Source of the DNA: Azolla caroliniana
Lineage: Eukaryota > Plantae > Polypodiophyta
NCBI GenBank assembly: GCA_043228905.1
Contig: JBHGNT010000007.1
Coordinates: forward strand, 3,906,001-3,970,000
Direction of reading: 5' to 3'
DNA: 64,000 bases
Every line of letters starts with the position of its first letter. Position 1 is the first letter of the stretch. Of the stretch, positions 22,628 to 36,900 are shown piece after piece. Under the pieces are notes generated by a model that saw only the letters and a list, made by a program, of their open reading frames with translations, was not told the DNA's origin and made no database searches. A program made the translations under genes and the position numbers.

Positions 22628-25320
22628 GGGACGTAGTCTTCTTGGAAGACAAGACGATATAGAATTGGAAGTAATAGAAGTGGGAATCGACTACCCAGTC
22701 AACCTCCACTACCATCGACTTGAGGCCGAGTGAACTGACATAGTCGGCTATTCAGAGACAGTTAGTCAACACAACCGAATCCGAGTGAGTCGACTCGAAG
22801 AGACCGACCGACTATGAGTCTGAGTCGGCAAAGCTGTTAAGGATGGTCAAGGAATACGAGTTGGAGTCATCCAACATTGAGCAGCCGATTGACATAGATA
22901 AACCCGAGCCGAGACAAGAGTTGGCACAAACATCTGAATGAGGGCCTGCAATGAGTGGAAGGAGATACCCACTCAGAGAGAGGAGAGCACCGACAACATA
23001 TGCCAGTCAATACATCCTCTTGACTGATGAAGGTGAGCCAGAGTGCTATGATGAAGCCATTACTAACGAGCACTGAGAGAAATGGATGAGTGCAATACAA
23101 GACAAGATGGCCTCCTTGCATGAAAACTACACCTACGCTTGGTAGAATTACTAAAAGGTAAGAGAGCACTCAAGAACAAATGGGTCTATAAGGTGAAGAC
23201 TGGAGAAGTCTACAACACGCCTAGGTATAACGCCCGCATAGTGGTTAAGGGGTTCCAACAGAAAAAGGTTGTCGACTTCGACGAGATTTTCGCACTAGTC
23301 GTGAAGATGACATCCATCTGAACTGTTCTGAGCATAACTGCCAGCATGGACCTAGAGATCGAACAATTGGATGTCAAGACGACATTCTTGCATGGGGAGC
23401 TAGATGAAGAGATCTACATGCAGCAGCCCAAAGGCTTTGAAGAGAAAGGGAAAGAGAACTTGGTGTGTCTACTAAAGAAAAGCTTGTATGGTCTGAAGCA
23501 CGTTCCACGCCAATGGTACAAGACTTTCGAATCCTTCATGACGGAACATCGATTCCAAAAAACACAGGTTGATCCTTGTGTGTTCATCAAAAGGTACGAA
23601 GAAGTTGATTTCTTGATTCTCTTATTATATGTAGATGACATGTTGATAGTCGGTCAAACTCAAGACACAAAGACAAACAGGAGCTTGAAGAAAGCCCTAG
23701 CCAATTTGTTTTCCATGAAAGATCTTGGACAGGCTAAACAAATCTTGGGGGTGCAAATAGTTCGAGATAGAACTAAGAAAATGTTGTGTTTGTCACAACA
23801 GAAGTATGTGACAAAGGTCTTAGAGAGGTTAAACATGACGGAAGCAAAGTCGGTCGGCTCTGTGTTGACGACCAACTGCAAGTTAAATGCTAAACAATGT
23901 CCGAGAGGGGAGAGAGAAAAGGCTGAGATGAAGAAAGTACCATATGCCTCAATATCGGAAGTTTAATGTACGTTATGGTTTGCACAAGTCCAAACATAGC
24001 ATTTGTATTGGGAACAGTAAGCCGATATATGAGTAATCCAGGATGAGAACATTGGGCAGCAATGAAGTGGATACTCAGGTACTTAAAAGGCACCTCGGGG
24101 GTATGCCTAAGGTATGGTGTCTGAAAACCCATGTCCGAAGGGTTTACCGATTCGGACATGTCAAGGGATGTAGACTTGAGCCGATCCACGTTAGGGTACG
24201 TGATGACCTATGCAAGGGGAGCAGTGTCGTGGCAGTCACGACTGTAGAAGTCTGTGGCCATGTCGACCACAAAGGCAAGGTATATGGCAACGGTAGAGAC
24301 CGGCAAGGAGCTGATTTGGATGAAGAGCTTCCTCAGTGAACTTGGGATGAAGCAAGAAGAATGTTTCCTCCACTGTGATAATCAGAGTGCCATACATCTT
24401 GCAAAGAACATTGCATACCACTCTCAGACCAAGCATATACAAAGGAGGTATCACTCGTTACGAGAGAAGGTAGATGAAGGGGAGTTTTTCCTCCTGAAGA
24501 TCCATACCGACGAAAATGGATCTGACATGCTCACGAAGAACCTACCAATGGAAAGACTCAGAGTCTGTCGACAGAAGACAGGACTGACCGACTCCTACCC
24601 ACCGGAGTGAAGGGGGAGTTTGTTGGGAATATGTCCCTCCAGTGGGAGGAACCGACTCTTTGGGCCAAGAGGTGTCGACAGTCGAAGACAAGGAGGATCC
24701 AACTGTTCGGACCGAGGTTGAAGAGTCGACTGCGAGAAAGTTGATTGTGATAATCGACTAGGTGAGTCGACAGGAAGGAGATTTAGGTTGAAGACACGAC
24801 TGGATGGTCGATGACTAGGCCGACTAGTCGGACCGACTGGACAGTCGACACTAGAGTCGGCCGATGGATACTTACTATTATAGATAATAATAGTAGTGAT
24901 GTTTAGTAGGGGCTACACTTTTAAATAGTCAATATGATGTATGAGTATAAATACATCTAGGGCAAACGTAGAACTTGTGAGAATAGTGTGTTGGGTATAG
25001 TTTAGAAAAGTGGATGAGCCTCTATAAGGTAGTGTGACAGAGAAGAGAGAGCATGTGAGTGGATGAGATAGCGGCAGCAAAGTTTAGCGAACTTGCTAAG
25101 AACCCTAAGCAGGTTATCCTCTGTGTGTATTAGAGATGATTGTAACCGTTTTCGGTACTCTCTTGTGTATAGTGGAATCTCTGTTCCAGTGGTTTTTCCC
25201 AGTGGTTTTTCCCATTTAGGGTTTCCACATAAAATCTGTGTGCATTGTTTTGATGTGTGTGCGTCAAGTTGTATATTCTCAACGTATTCTTCTTGTGGAT
25301 TAACGATTCATTTCTCTACA

Positions 25321-25582
25321 TCTATACTCCATAGATATCTCTTATTTCACTAAATGCCATTGTGGGGGATTGTGGAATGTAGGGGTTGAACCCATGACCA
25401 CCTAGTCTCCATTGGGCAACCTTACCAACTAAGTTACATCTCTCTCTAGATATCTCTTATTTCACTACATCTTGGGTTCAAACCCCAATTTCCTCGCCTC
25501 TCTATTACTCCATAGATACCTCTTATTTCACTAGATGCCACTATGGAATGTAGGGGTTGAACCCATGACCACCTAGTCTCCA
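25321..25582 (-). mobile_element. Degenerate tRNA-derived (SINE-like) sequence, partly duplicated
   Basis: Minus strand 25436-25381 reads TAACTTAGTTGG (A-box-like) ... GGTTCAACCCC (B-box-like). 25321-25410 is repeated at 25501-25582. Confidence 0.5.
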
Positions 25583-25589
25583 CCTTGTA

Positions 25590-25650
<61 letters not shown>

Positions 25651-25654
<4 letters not shown>

Positions 25655-27720
25655 CATCATCCCGAGTTAGGATCAAATGTCACCTAATCCTCTCTTTTAA
25701 ACCAGTTGAGGTAGTCGGATCATATGTATGCTTGGGAATCACTTTTAGTGCTCGTTCAGGTAAATTCTCGATGACCCAGGCTGTTAGAGACATGAACTAA
25801 TGTAAGCATTAGATAAGGATAGAATATAGATAGATAGAAAGAAAGGAGAGAGAGAAAGAAGGGTGTCGATCCACCCCCGAGCGAAGGGATCGAGAAGGAC
25901 TCGAGCCTCAATCGGCGTCCCATACCACCGCCGTGGCGTCGAGTCGTACCTGGTGCTGGCGCGCTCACTACAAGAGTTGACCCACCACAAGGCAGAGTCT
26001 CGACGTAGTCAACAAGATGATGAAATGAGGGTAGTTAGGCCTCTTATTTATAGCGAAACCCATGGCCCCCAGGCAAGTTCACACTTGGCCTAATGGGTTG
26101 TCTCAATCCCGAGGATTAAAAGTAATCCTCCCCTTCTTTACACTCTCGTTTAATCCTCACACTTATCCACGTGTATAGAATACTACGGTAAATTCTCACC
26201 ATGGGATATTATATGGTCATGCTTGTAACACAGGTAGCCAAAGATAGGCTAACGAGAGGGTATGCATCCCTCTCACTCTTAGAGAGACAATACCATCAAG
26301 CATACTTTCAAGAGACATGGACTAAGGGATGGCTCTTCAACTCATTAGTGACCCTTGCCCTCATGTATGCATCAATAGTATGGGCATCTTTTATGTGGAC
26401 ACAATTAGAGAGACCTTTGGTGACAATGCTATCACGTCAACTCTGAAGCAAATTGACAGTACCACATGACATTATTAGAGCAGAGTTTAGTTTGCCCCCG
26501 ATGTTAGTAGAAGCATTTTTCCAAGTGGTAATTTTAATTCATCGGATACATAGCCAACCACAAGATAGGATCTCCCGTCGAGCCTTTGAGGCATCCGGAT
26601 CCCTATATACGTTTGGAGACACTAGCTCTTGGTATAGCATTGTAGTGAGTTGATTACTTGCAAATGGCATAGACATTAATAACCTAACTCCCCTTAAGTA
26701 TAACCATGGGACTAATCAAACTTTAATATCTCATGAAGACCGTAATAAAGTAATACCCCAAGAAATATTGAAAATATACACCCGATATACATGGATTCCC
26801 CCATGAGAACCACTCCCATCTAAAATGTTGTACTATAAGGAACACTTCTTGCACTTCTCTAAGTTAGGTTTTATTACACGACCAAGATATCTAGATACAT
26901 TCTTATCAAATGCACTAAGGGTGTCCATTGGACAACTTAGGATATCATCTCACCAACTTGAGATTGAGAATGGTCGGGCTAATAGAGTCCCTAAAGAGGA
27001 AAGGCTATATAGATTATGTCACATAGAGATAGAGGATGAGTATCACTTTACATGCAAGTGTCCAACCTATGCTGAGATAAGGGCGGAATACCAAGACATA
27101 TTAGGACCCTCTCCCACCCTCTCTAAACTATTAGATACCCCAGATATAAAGAGACTAGGTAGGTATATCTTAGAGCTAAAACAACATAGGGAGAATAAGC
27201 TACAAAGTTTTAACCATAACCATTTTAATATTCATCAACATGTAAGTAGTATAATTTTTCAGGAACAAGAGGAGACGATGAATGTGGATACACTTATGCC
27301 ACTCGGCCTCTCTCTTGAGGAAGCAAAAATGCAAAGAACAACCAAATGCCCTCGGATGTTGGGCTTCAAAACAACTCGACGTGGAGTAGAAACGATTAAG
27401 AAGATAAGGGAACGTGAGATACGCCGACTAGAAGCTATGGTTGGGGTACCTTCTACATTGGGACCACAAGGGACCACATCCTCATCGAAACCCTTTGACC
27501 TCCCGCTTCTTTTTGAGAGACTTGGATGGAAATGAAACTAGGCCTAGTATAAAGTTATTTCATTGTAGAACATGTTTGTTATTTTACTAGAACTATTTAG
27601 CTTAAAAGCTCTATTTTTTATTTTTTTTTATTTTTACTTTCGATGAATGGGTAAATATCCCATTTTGTTGTAAACCAATTGTCTCATGGGCCAATTTTGG
27701 CCTTAGAAGACATTAATATT
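25651..27720 (+). mobile_element. 5'-truncated RTE/RTEX-like non-LTR retrotransposon (RT thumb to C-terminal CCHC), flanked by (CT)n on both sides
   Basis: Motifs VEVVGSYVCLGITF, LFNSLVTLALMYASIVW, IIRAEFSLPP and QLRISSHQLEIENGR..EERL.RLCHIEIEDEYHFTCKCPTYAEIR. (CT)n tracts at 25593-25650 and 27740-27792. Confidence 0.82.
25782..26230. mobile_element. Solo LTR (449 bp) inserted in the RTE-like ORF
   Basis: Termini TGTTA...TAACA with flanks CAGGC/CAGGT. Removing it restores KFSMTQ(A/V)AKDRLTRG. Confidence 0.85.
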
Positions 27721-27736
27721 TCTTTCTTTCTTTCTT

Positions 27737-27795
<59 letters not shown>

Positions 27796-27930
27796 ATTGT
27801 AAATAATGGCTTTCATTACGAAAGAAAAAACACCACCATGACTAACTTACTACAAAGTATAGAACACCTTCTATCTAGGGGATCTAAAGACTACTACGAC
27901 TCCAAACTCAATGCCACCCTACACACTAAT

Positions 27931-30900
27931 TCAAATGGCAATATGATGATATGTGACCTTGCAGAGTTCTCTCTCTTCATGGTTGAGATTTCGTGACTTC
28001 TCTAGCATTGTCAACTGCCACAAAAGAAGTTCATTTAACTTTAGAACATATTTTCTCACCCCAACTTGTGAATCAAAAGTGAAGGCATTCCACATATTCC
28101 AATTGAACCATAGTCCCCAATACCTCAAGAACTCAAAAAAATTTGAAAATGAGGCATTGGTTCATTGTTCTTCATATGTGCAAAAACCCAACTGAAGGAA
28201 GATAGGCTTACTCCAATTAGAGACATCCACAATAAATTGATACACCTCCAAACCATCCTTACTGTCGGGCATGAAATAAATCGATGCCTATTATGTTCCA
28301 ATTCCACCGAACAAAACAAACATGATCCTTAAGTAATGTTTCTTTTTTTTAATGCATCCCCCAATGGCAAAGCTCCAACCATAACTCTCCAAATAAATGC
28401 CTTGGCTCGTAGCATCAATCGACAACACCAACCTGCCTTGATCACATGAAGCCACCAAGTAATGGGCTTATGAAAACCCCATATCTTTATAACCCTTTCT
28501 TCCAACCACTTATGTTTGTCAATCAACTTGTGATAAGCAACATTTGTTGAGATCACAGTCAATCTCTTATTTCCAACAAACCTCCAATCAAGCACTTGAG
28601 ATCGCACATCTAAATCAGGAATTGGCTCATACGAAGATAGTATTTCTTGCAACTTATCCCAAATAAAGGTATAACCTTTTGGAATACGAAATGTTGATCT
28701 TATTGTTCAAAAGGCCATTAATCTTCTTTGTGACACCAACATAGCATCCTTAACTGTTGCCAAACCCAATCTAGCCATCCAATTAAATTGAAGGTTAAGA
28801 ATTTGTTTACCTTCCCACCTCAACAACCTTGATGTCGCCAAAACCTCCATTTGTGATGAATTGGCACATCCCCTTTCTTGTGGAGGATGCCATTCCACAA
28901 AATCCAACATACTTTGCCAAGATGTCAACAAATGGTTAATTATCATAGCCCCTGCACATTTGACATCCCTATCAAAATTAATTACATTCCACCAATTAGC
29001 TTCAACCTTCATGTTTCCAAGTTTAATTATGTTCTTCTCTATAAAGTACGCCACCATTTATGTCCAAGGTTGTACACCTTCAAACATAAATCGCATGAAA
29101 GTAAATCGACGAGCCACCATATGCTCATATAGATTCAATATCGATGCCCCACCAAGACGCTTCGGAGTACAAACATGATCCCATGCCAACCACAATAAGG
29201 CACTTTTCCTTTTTCTTTTCCATAACATTATCATTGATCATGACAACATTTCAAGAGCTTTCTTTGACCATGGGAGCAAATGAAGATAATAAGATACCAT
29301 AGAGACCATAATCGATTGGGCCACCTTAAGTCGTACATTAAAAGGCCAAAATTAAGACCTCCAATACATAAACTTATCCTCCAACCTTTTGGATACCCAC
29401 TCAATAAGTTTCACATGAGAAACTTCCACCCCAATTGGATATCCAAGGTGACGACAAATCATACCATGATGTACTATCCTTCCTGACCACCCCAACCCTA
29501 ACACATCTTATTCTATACATGAAATGAGGATAGATTTATGCATATTAATTCTCAACCCTAAAGCATTTGAAAACAATTCCCACACATGTCTTGTCTTACT
29601 AATATTTTCCCAATAAGGCGCCAAAAACATAATATGGTCATCTGCGAGAGCTTGAACAGTACATGGCGACTTTGATGGCAACCTTAGTCCAAACAATTCT
29701 TCCTCCATAGCCATATTGTGTAACTTAACAAGAATAGGATGTGTCACAATAGTGCAGAGTAAAGGACTTACCGGACATCCTTGCTTAACTGATCTTCGAA
29801 TAGAAATCGGTTGTGTTACTGCTCCATTAAACATCACATGTGAAACCGAACCCTCCCCTAATGTGTATATCAATTTAGACATACGATCACCAAAACCCAT
29901 ATGAGACAACAACTGATTTATAAATGATCAATCCACATTATCATAGGTTTTCTCGATATCCAATTGTAGCAACACTAATTCTTGTGTAGACTCCTTTGCA
30001 TAGTCAATTGTCATTTGAACATTTAAAATATTATGTAAAATGTCTCTTTTTGCCAAGAACCCATATTGCGCATTATGAATAATAGAAGGTAAAACCTTAT
30101 GCAACCTATTGGCGATCACTTTTGCAAAAATCTTGTACATTCCCCCCATCAATGAAATAGGCCTCCATTGAGCAAAGGAAGATGGAGAAGGCACCTTCGG
30201 CAAAAGCTTTATCAAAACAATCTTCCAAGAATGAGGCATTTCCCCTAATGTTCACACCTTCTAAAATAAAACTGTAAAAGGCCCCTTTAACTTAATCACA
30301 AATTTTTTAAAGAGTTCATGTGTTAATCCATCCCACCCAAGACTCTTATCATTAGCAAGATGTGACATGACATGTTCCACCTCATCCTTTGAAATATTAG
30401 CATCTAATAATTGTGCCACATCATGCGATACATGATTTTTCACTCCATTAAAAATACATCTCTATCCTTTTTAACATTATCATCAATACACACTTGTACA
30501 TCCAACAATTGTGTATAATATTCTATGCATTTCTTCACAATTTCTTGAGGATCGGAAAACATGATACCATTTTCCTCTAACCTTACCACATTATATCGTG
30601 CATGTGATTCATGAAGGTCATGAAAAACTTATGTGATTGACAATTAGCATCCTCCACTTCTTGTCTTAGACGATGTAGTCTAGCATGTTGATAATTTTTA
30701 GCCGTAAGATCATGTATCACAGAAATTAATACCTCTTGATATCCCATCAACTCTACATCCGTTGGCCAATAAGTTAACAATGAGTTGCATTTAGCAAGCA
30801 AATTAACAAGGAGACTTAATTTCTTTCCCCTTTTAAAAGCATGGTGAATTCCATAATACTTAGGTAACCTCTGAACATTTGCAACAAATACTTCCCACGC

Positions 30901-33900
30901 TTCATACCCATCAAATTAAACACGATAGGCAAATATATCAATCAATTGACATATATAGGCATGAAAGACCTCATGATCCAAAAATGATGAATTAAAAATC
31001 AATGGTGGTTTTCCTAAAAACTCATGAAAAACTCTAATTGAGTGGTGAGTGAATTCAAAAATTAATGAGAAATGATCTGATATAATTGACCCATAAGACA
31101 CTGAAATATCCAAAATCTCTAGTAAAAATTCTTTGGTATAAATTACATACATTCGATCCAACCTACTCCAAGTATCCTTATATTGAGCCGATTGAAAGGC
31201 ATAGCCAAGTTCATCTCCCTTTATCCATTTCCATACATCCCTTAACATGACATCTGTCTCAAAATCTCCCCATTCTTGAGCCTCTGGTCCATCCATAATA
31301 GAGTGGATAGATGTTGATTGATCTGTTGCACAACAAACATTAAAATCTCTCATCAATAAACCTAGTCTACCATTATCAAGCATTGAGTTTAGAGATCTCC
31401 ATAACAACTTTCATTATTGTGAAACATTTGATGCGTGTTGAGAGACAAGCTCAACATCGACCGGATCGGTTGAAGAAGCCGAGGACCGGATCGGTTGGGA
31501 CCGATCGGTTAGGCCGAATGCGTAAACCGGTACGCAGACCGGTGCGTAGGTAGGGCCGGATTGGTTCGTAAACCGGGAGGCCGTTAGGAAAGATATTCCG
31601 TGAGGAATATATTTGGGAGTTAGTGTAGGAGCTCTTAATGAGTATTGAAGTATTGTCGATACTTCGGTCAGTCCTTCTAGGACTTGTATAAAAGTGTTCA
31701 TTGAACACACATATGTATAGAGTGTGGTGAATAGAGATTGTGTACTGTTGTTGAATATAGTTCTTGTGTTCTCTCTCTCCCACTCTCTATGTCTCTCCCG
31801 CGTATACTGCGTAAGCTCAAGCTCTCCATTAAACCTGAGTTTTCTTCCTTCTGTTTTGTCTTCATACTTTCTTCCGCACGTTACTTTTTACATGGTATCA
31901 AAGCGCGAGGGTTGAGAACCTCTCTGCAGCCGACACAGCTTGACGAAGAAGAACAAGAAGAACGATGGATAGAGGCATGGCGAGCTCGTTTCCAACAGAG
32001 AAGCTCGACAGAACCAACTACGCGTCTTGGTCCTACAAGATGCACCAGTACCTGCTCGGGCACGGCTACTGGAGTTATGTCGAAGGAGCTAATGACGCGG
32101 CACCCGAATCCACACACAGAGACTTCCTGTCGTGGGAGCAATCGGCGAGCAGGGTATTATACTGCTTCGCGTCGTGTGTGGGCGAACAGCTATTGAGCTA
32201 TGTTCGGGATGCAAAGACACCGAAGGGTGCGTGGGAAAATCTGAAGAAGATTTTCACCGCGAGCACCAGAGCCAGGAAGCTTCAGGTCCAATAGGAGTTG
32301 ATCAACTTACGACAACGCGACTTGTCGGTGGCGGACTATACCTCGAAGATCAAGGATATCTACGACTCCCTCGCCTCCATAGAGGTGAACATCGAGGAGA
32401 GCGAGATGGTCCAGATCTGTCTCAGACGTTTGGCGTCGAAGTTCGGAGCATTCCGAACGGCTGTGTGTACCCGGGAGAATACGCTGTCCTTTTTCGACTT
32501 ACAGTCTACAAGCACGCACACCGACAGTAGAATGTTGTACACGGAGGGAGATAGGCCCCGTGGATGTGGAGGACGAGGCGAGTTGGCGCGCAATGGAGGC
32601 GGCCGACGAGATCAAGGAAGAAGGCACCGAAATGATGCTGACAGCAACTCCGGACCCTCTGGAAATAGGGGGAGTCGAAGCGATGAGAACCGGCAAGGGA
32701 AGGCCATCGCGGAGTGCTGGTACTGTGGCAAGAAAGGCCACAGGGAAAGTGAGTGTTGGAAGAAGCGCGCCGATTCGGAGAGAACCGGTTCCGAAAACGG
32801 CTCCGGACATACCGACAAGGGAAATCGGCAGCGATCACACTACGCCGAAGACTCCGGGAGAGCCGGAGAAGGGTCTGCCTTCGTGACGAGACACGAAGCA
32901 AACTCAATGAAACAGACCACCCTGAGATCGGACAAGGTGTGGTATGTAGACTCCGGCACGTCAAACCACATGACGAGCCATAAGGAGTGGTTCTCGTACC
33001 TTGAAAAACCGATACAACCTGGAGTAGTCGCAACTGGAGACGACACTCCGCATCCTATCGCGAATGTCGGAGAAGTTCCCCTTAGCCATGTCGGGCAGAA
33101 AGGGAAACTCATGAACGTGCTGCACGTTCCGACAATCACGAAGAACTTGGTCTCGGTCGGACAGATCGTCGACCAAGGGATGGAGGTTCGGTTTACACAC
33201 CTCGGGTGCTTCATTGAGGAAGAAGGTTGTGTGATTGCGCAAGGGCACAGAGACGGGAGGATGTTCATCCTCGACTCCATTGATGGTGGCACCGTAATGT
33301 TCGCGAAGGGACAAAAATCCGAGTTGGACATCGACTTGTGGCACAAGCGGATAGGCCGCGTCAACTACCAGCGACTTCAAGATCTGCAATCGAAACAGGT
33401 AGTGTTCGGATTGCCCAAATTTAGTGGCCGAAAGGCACAAATTTGTGAAGCCTGCCAGCACCTGCCAGCTCGGGAAGCAACACCGACTTCCCTTCCCCAA
33501 CGAGTGAAACCGGAGCCGGAACAAGGTCGACCTTATACACTCCGATGTATGGGGGCCAGCACAAAATGTTAGTCTTGGCGGGAGCCAATATTTCATCTCC
33601 TTCATCGACGACCACACGCGGGACACGTGGATCTACCTCATTGAGAGGAAGAGCGAAGTCTTCGACTGTTTTCGGGACCTCAAAGGGTTCCTGGAAACGG
33701 AAACGGGATGAAAGATCAAGTGCCTGCGGTCGGATGGTGGGAAAGAGTACTTCTCCGGTCAATTCAACGGTTATCTACAACAAATGGGAATTCGGCGCGA
33801 ATTCAGTTGTAGATACACGCCGGAGCAGAATGGTGTGGCCGAGAGGAAGAATCGGTCAGTTGTGGGAGCGGCATGGGCAATGCTAGAGGAGAAGAGCTTG

Positions 33901-36900
33901 CCCAAGTTCTATTGGGCCGAGGCGGTAAGGACCGCGGTATACATCCAGAACCGGATCGGAGACAAAGTGTCGGCGCACGAGCTATATTTCGGAACAAAGC
34001 CGAACTTGCGACACTTGAGGGTGTTCGGTAGCATTGCGTATGTGCATATACCGAAGGAGAAAAGGAGGAAGCTGGACGCAAAGGCCGAGAAATACATTTT
34101 GGTCGGTTACTCGGACAAGCAGAAGGGTTATAAGTGCTATAACCCTCGCACCAAACAAGCGCGTGTTAGCCGTGACGTTGTGTTTGACGAGTCCGCGTCC
34201 TGGTACCAGCCCCCGACTCCAATCCGTGTTCTGATGATGAGGTCAGCGAGGCCGAGATGCCTCCGGATGAGCCCAAAATCGAGACCCGTGAAGAGAGTCC
34301 GATTTCACTCCATTTAAGTGGACCGATTGGATGACTGAGTCGGTACGATCAGTCTGATGAAGAGCAGGCGAGTAGTGGAGACTCGGCCGTGCATTCCCCG
34401 CGCAGGAAGTCGAGGAGACGGCTTACGCGCAAAGAGAAAGGGAAGAAGAAGGTGTCGGATTCCGGCACGGATAAGAACGAGTCAGACCGACGCGAGTCCG
34501 ACTCCGAGGGAACCGGTGACGGGTCTTTAAAGGTGAAGTCCGCGTCGACCGAGAAGGCCTTGACATCGGCTAATGTGAGATTACGCCGATCTACCCGCCA
34601 GAAGAATCATGTTTTGCGGTTCGGATACAACGAGTACATGGCGCATCATTATGCGTACATGACCCGTGTAGCGGAAGTGCGTGAGTCGGAGAGCTACGCA
34701 GAAGTGGCTAAAGACGTGAATTGGCGTGCCGCGATGGAGGAAGAGATGCACGCATTGGCGGAGAACGAGACCTGGGACCTGGTTGACGCATCAACAGGGG
34801 TAAAACCGATCAGGCGTAGGTGGGTGTGCAAGGTCAAGTACAACACCGATGGCTCGGTCAACCGGTACAAGGCTCGGCTAGTGGCAAAGGGCTACACGCA
34901 GAAACACGGCATCGACTACGATGAGACGTTTGCGCCGGTCGCGAAAATGATGATCGTCCGTGTTTTGCTCGCAGTAGCTGCGGTGAAGGGGTGGCACTTA
35001 CATCAGATGGATGTAAAGAATGCGTTCCTGCAAGGTGACCTTGAGGAACAGGTGTACATGGTACAGCCCGCCGGATTTCACTTTGGAACGAACTCCTCGG
35101 TAGTATGCCGACTGAAGAAGTCCCTTTACGGACTGAAGCAAGCCCCGCGTGCCTGGAACGCAAAGATCACGCAACAACTGCGTCGGATGGGCTTCGTCAC
35201 GTCAAAATCGGACTCTTCCCTGTTCATTCGGAAAGGTCGACTCGGACCGGTTAGTATTTTACTATATGTTGATGACTTGGTCATCACCGGCGCCGACCTA
35301 GGTGAAATCGACCGCGTGAAGCTCCAGCTTGCGGCATCGTTCGACATGAAGGAACTGGGGGACCTTCATTACTTCCTCGGGATCGAAGTGATCCGTACCC
35401 CCGAAGGCATATTGATCAGCCAACGTCATTACGTGCTGAGTATGCTCTTCAAATTCGGGATGGCCGACTGTAAGTCCGTCTCAACTCCTTTGGACAGAAC
35501 CGTCAAGCTTCGTCCCGATACGGGAAAGGTATGCGACCCGACGAGGTTCCGACAAATTGTCGAAAGCCTCATATACTTGACCATCACCCGACCCGACCTC
35601 AGTTATCCGGTCGGAGTGATCAGTCAGTTCATGGCGCGACCTACCGAGGAGCACCTCCAGTGTGCACAACGCATACTTCGGTATGTCAACGGCACTAAGG
35701 ACCGGGGACTGCTATATCGGACCGGTGCAGCTGCGCAGTTAGTCGGCTACACCGATGCTGATTCGGCTGGCAATGCCGCCGATCACCGATCCACGTCAGG
35801 ATACACGTTCTCCCTCGGGAGTGCCGCGATCGCGTGGAGCAATAAGAAGTAGCCGACAGTTGCATTGTCGAGCACCGAAGCTGAGTACCGAGGAGCGGCT
35901 GTCGCGACATGCGAAGCCATATGGTTGAAGCGGCTACTTAAGGATCTACAGGTGAAGGTGTCCGATCCAACGACGATCTACTGCGACAACCTCAGCAGCA
36001 TCCAGCTCGCGAAAAACCCTGTTTTCCACGCACGGACCAAGCACATTGAGGTGCACTACCATTTCGTCCGTGAGCGTGTCCTTTCCAGTGAAGTCGAACT
36101 TCAGTACGTTCCGACGGATCGGCAGATTGTCGACATCTTCACCAAGCCTCTTGGTCTGGACAAGTTGCGGCAATTCTCAAGTGCGCTCGGATTGCGTCAC
36201 CTCGACGTACCGAACTTGAGGGGGAGAACAGTCCCGAACGACCAAGCAAGGCAGCAGGAAAGGAGTTGAGACCGCGACACAGAGTCGGTTGACTCGGTTG
36301 TCGAGTTCGACTTCGGATCGGCTGAAGAAGCCGAGGGCGGACCCACGGAAAAGTCCGGAAGCGGACAGAAGGGGAGCAACCGAAGGAGAGAGCCGAAGCC
36401 AACCACGCATGGGGAAGATGACGCCACTGAGGGCGAGAAGACCGAAGACGAGTTGGAGACAGCCAACTCGGACGAGAGCGAAAACCAATCGGAGGTAGCC
36501 GAGTCGGTTCGGATGTTTGATTCAGATACGTTGAATCAACTGAGGCCCAAATGGAAGAAAAGGCAGCAGAGAAGCGTCAACACCACAACAGCAGAAGAGC
36601 TGATAAGGGCCACATGAGCAGACAAGCCGACCGGAAGGGTCGAAGCGTGCGGAGTCAAACAGGCCGTGGAGCGCGAGCGAGGCGTGAAGCCAAGAGGAAC
36701 CGGAGCTGTGAGCCTGAAGATCCCGAAGAGCCTCAAGTTGAGCTTGAGGGGGAGTGTTGAGAGACAAGCTCAACATCGGCCGGATCGGCTGAAGAAGCCG
36801 AGGACCGGATCGGTTGGGACCGATCGGTTAGGCCGAATGCGTAAACCGGTACGCAGACCGGTGCGTAGGTAGGGCCGGATCGGTTCGTAATCCGGGAGGC

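Larger units (their letters stand above)
17085..25320 (+). mobile_element. Older 5'-truncated Ty1/copia element (integrase C-terminus, RT, RNase H, 3' LTR 24621-25320), interrupted by a younger relative
   Basis: HVAKDRRSKL..KSKPCIFMGY..VVRSRD (17085-17217) continues as VVFLEDK at 22633. RT LLLYVDDML and RNase H CDNQSAIHLAKN are present, with PPT AGGGGGAG before TGTTGGG at 24621. Confidence 0.88.

Noticed and set aside
25381-25436. Functional tRNA gene
   Set aside because: Only A/B-box-like remnants; no complete cloverleaf or acceptor stem could be built.
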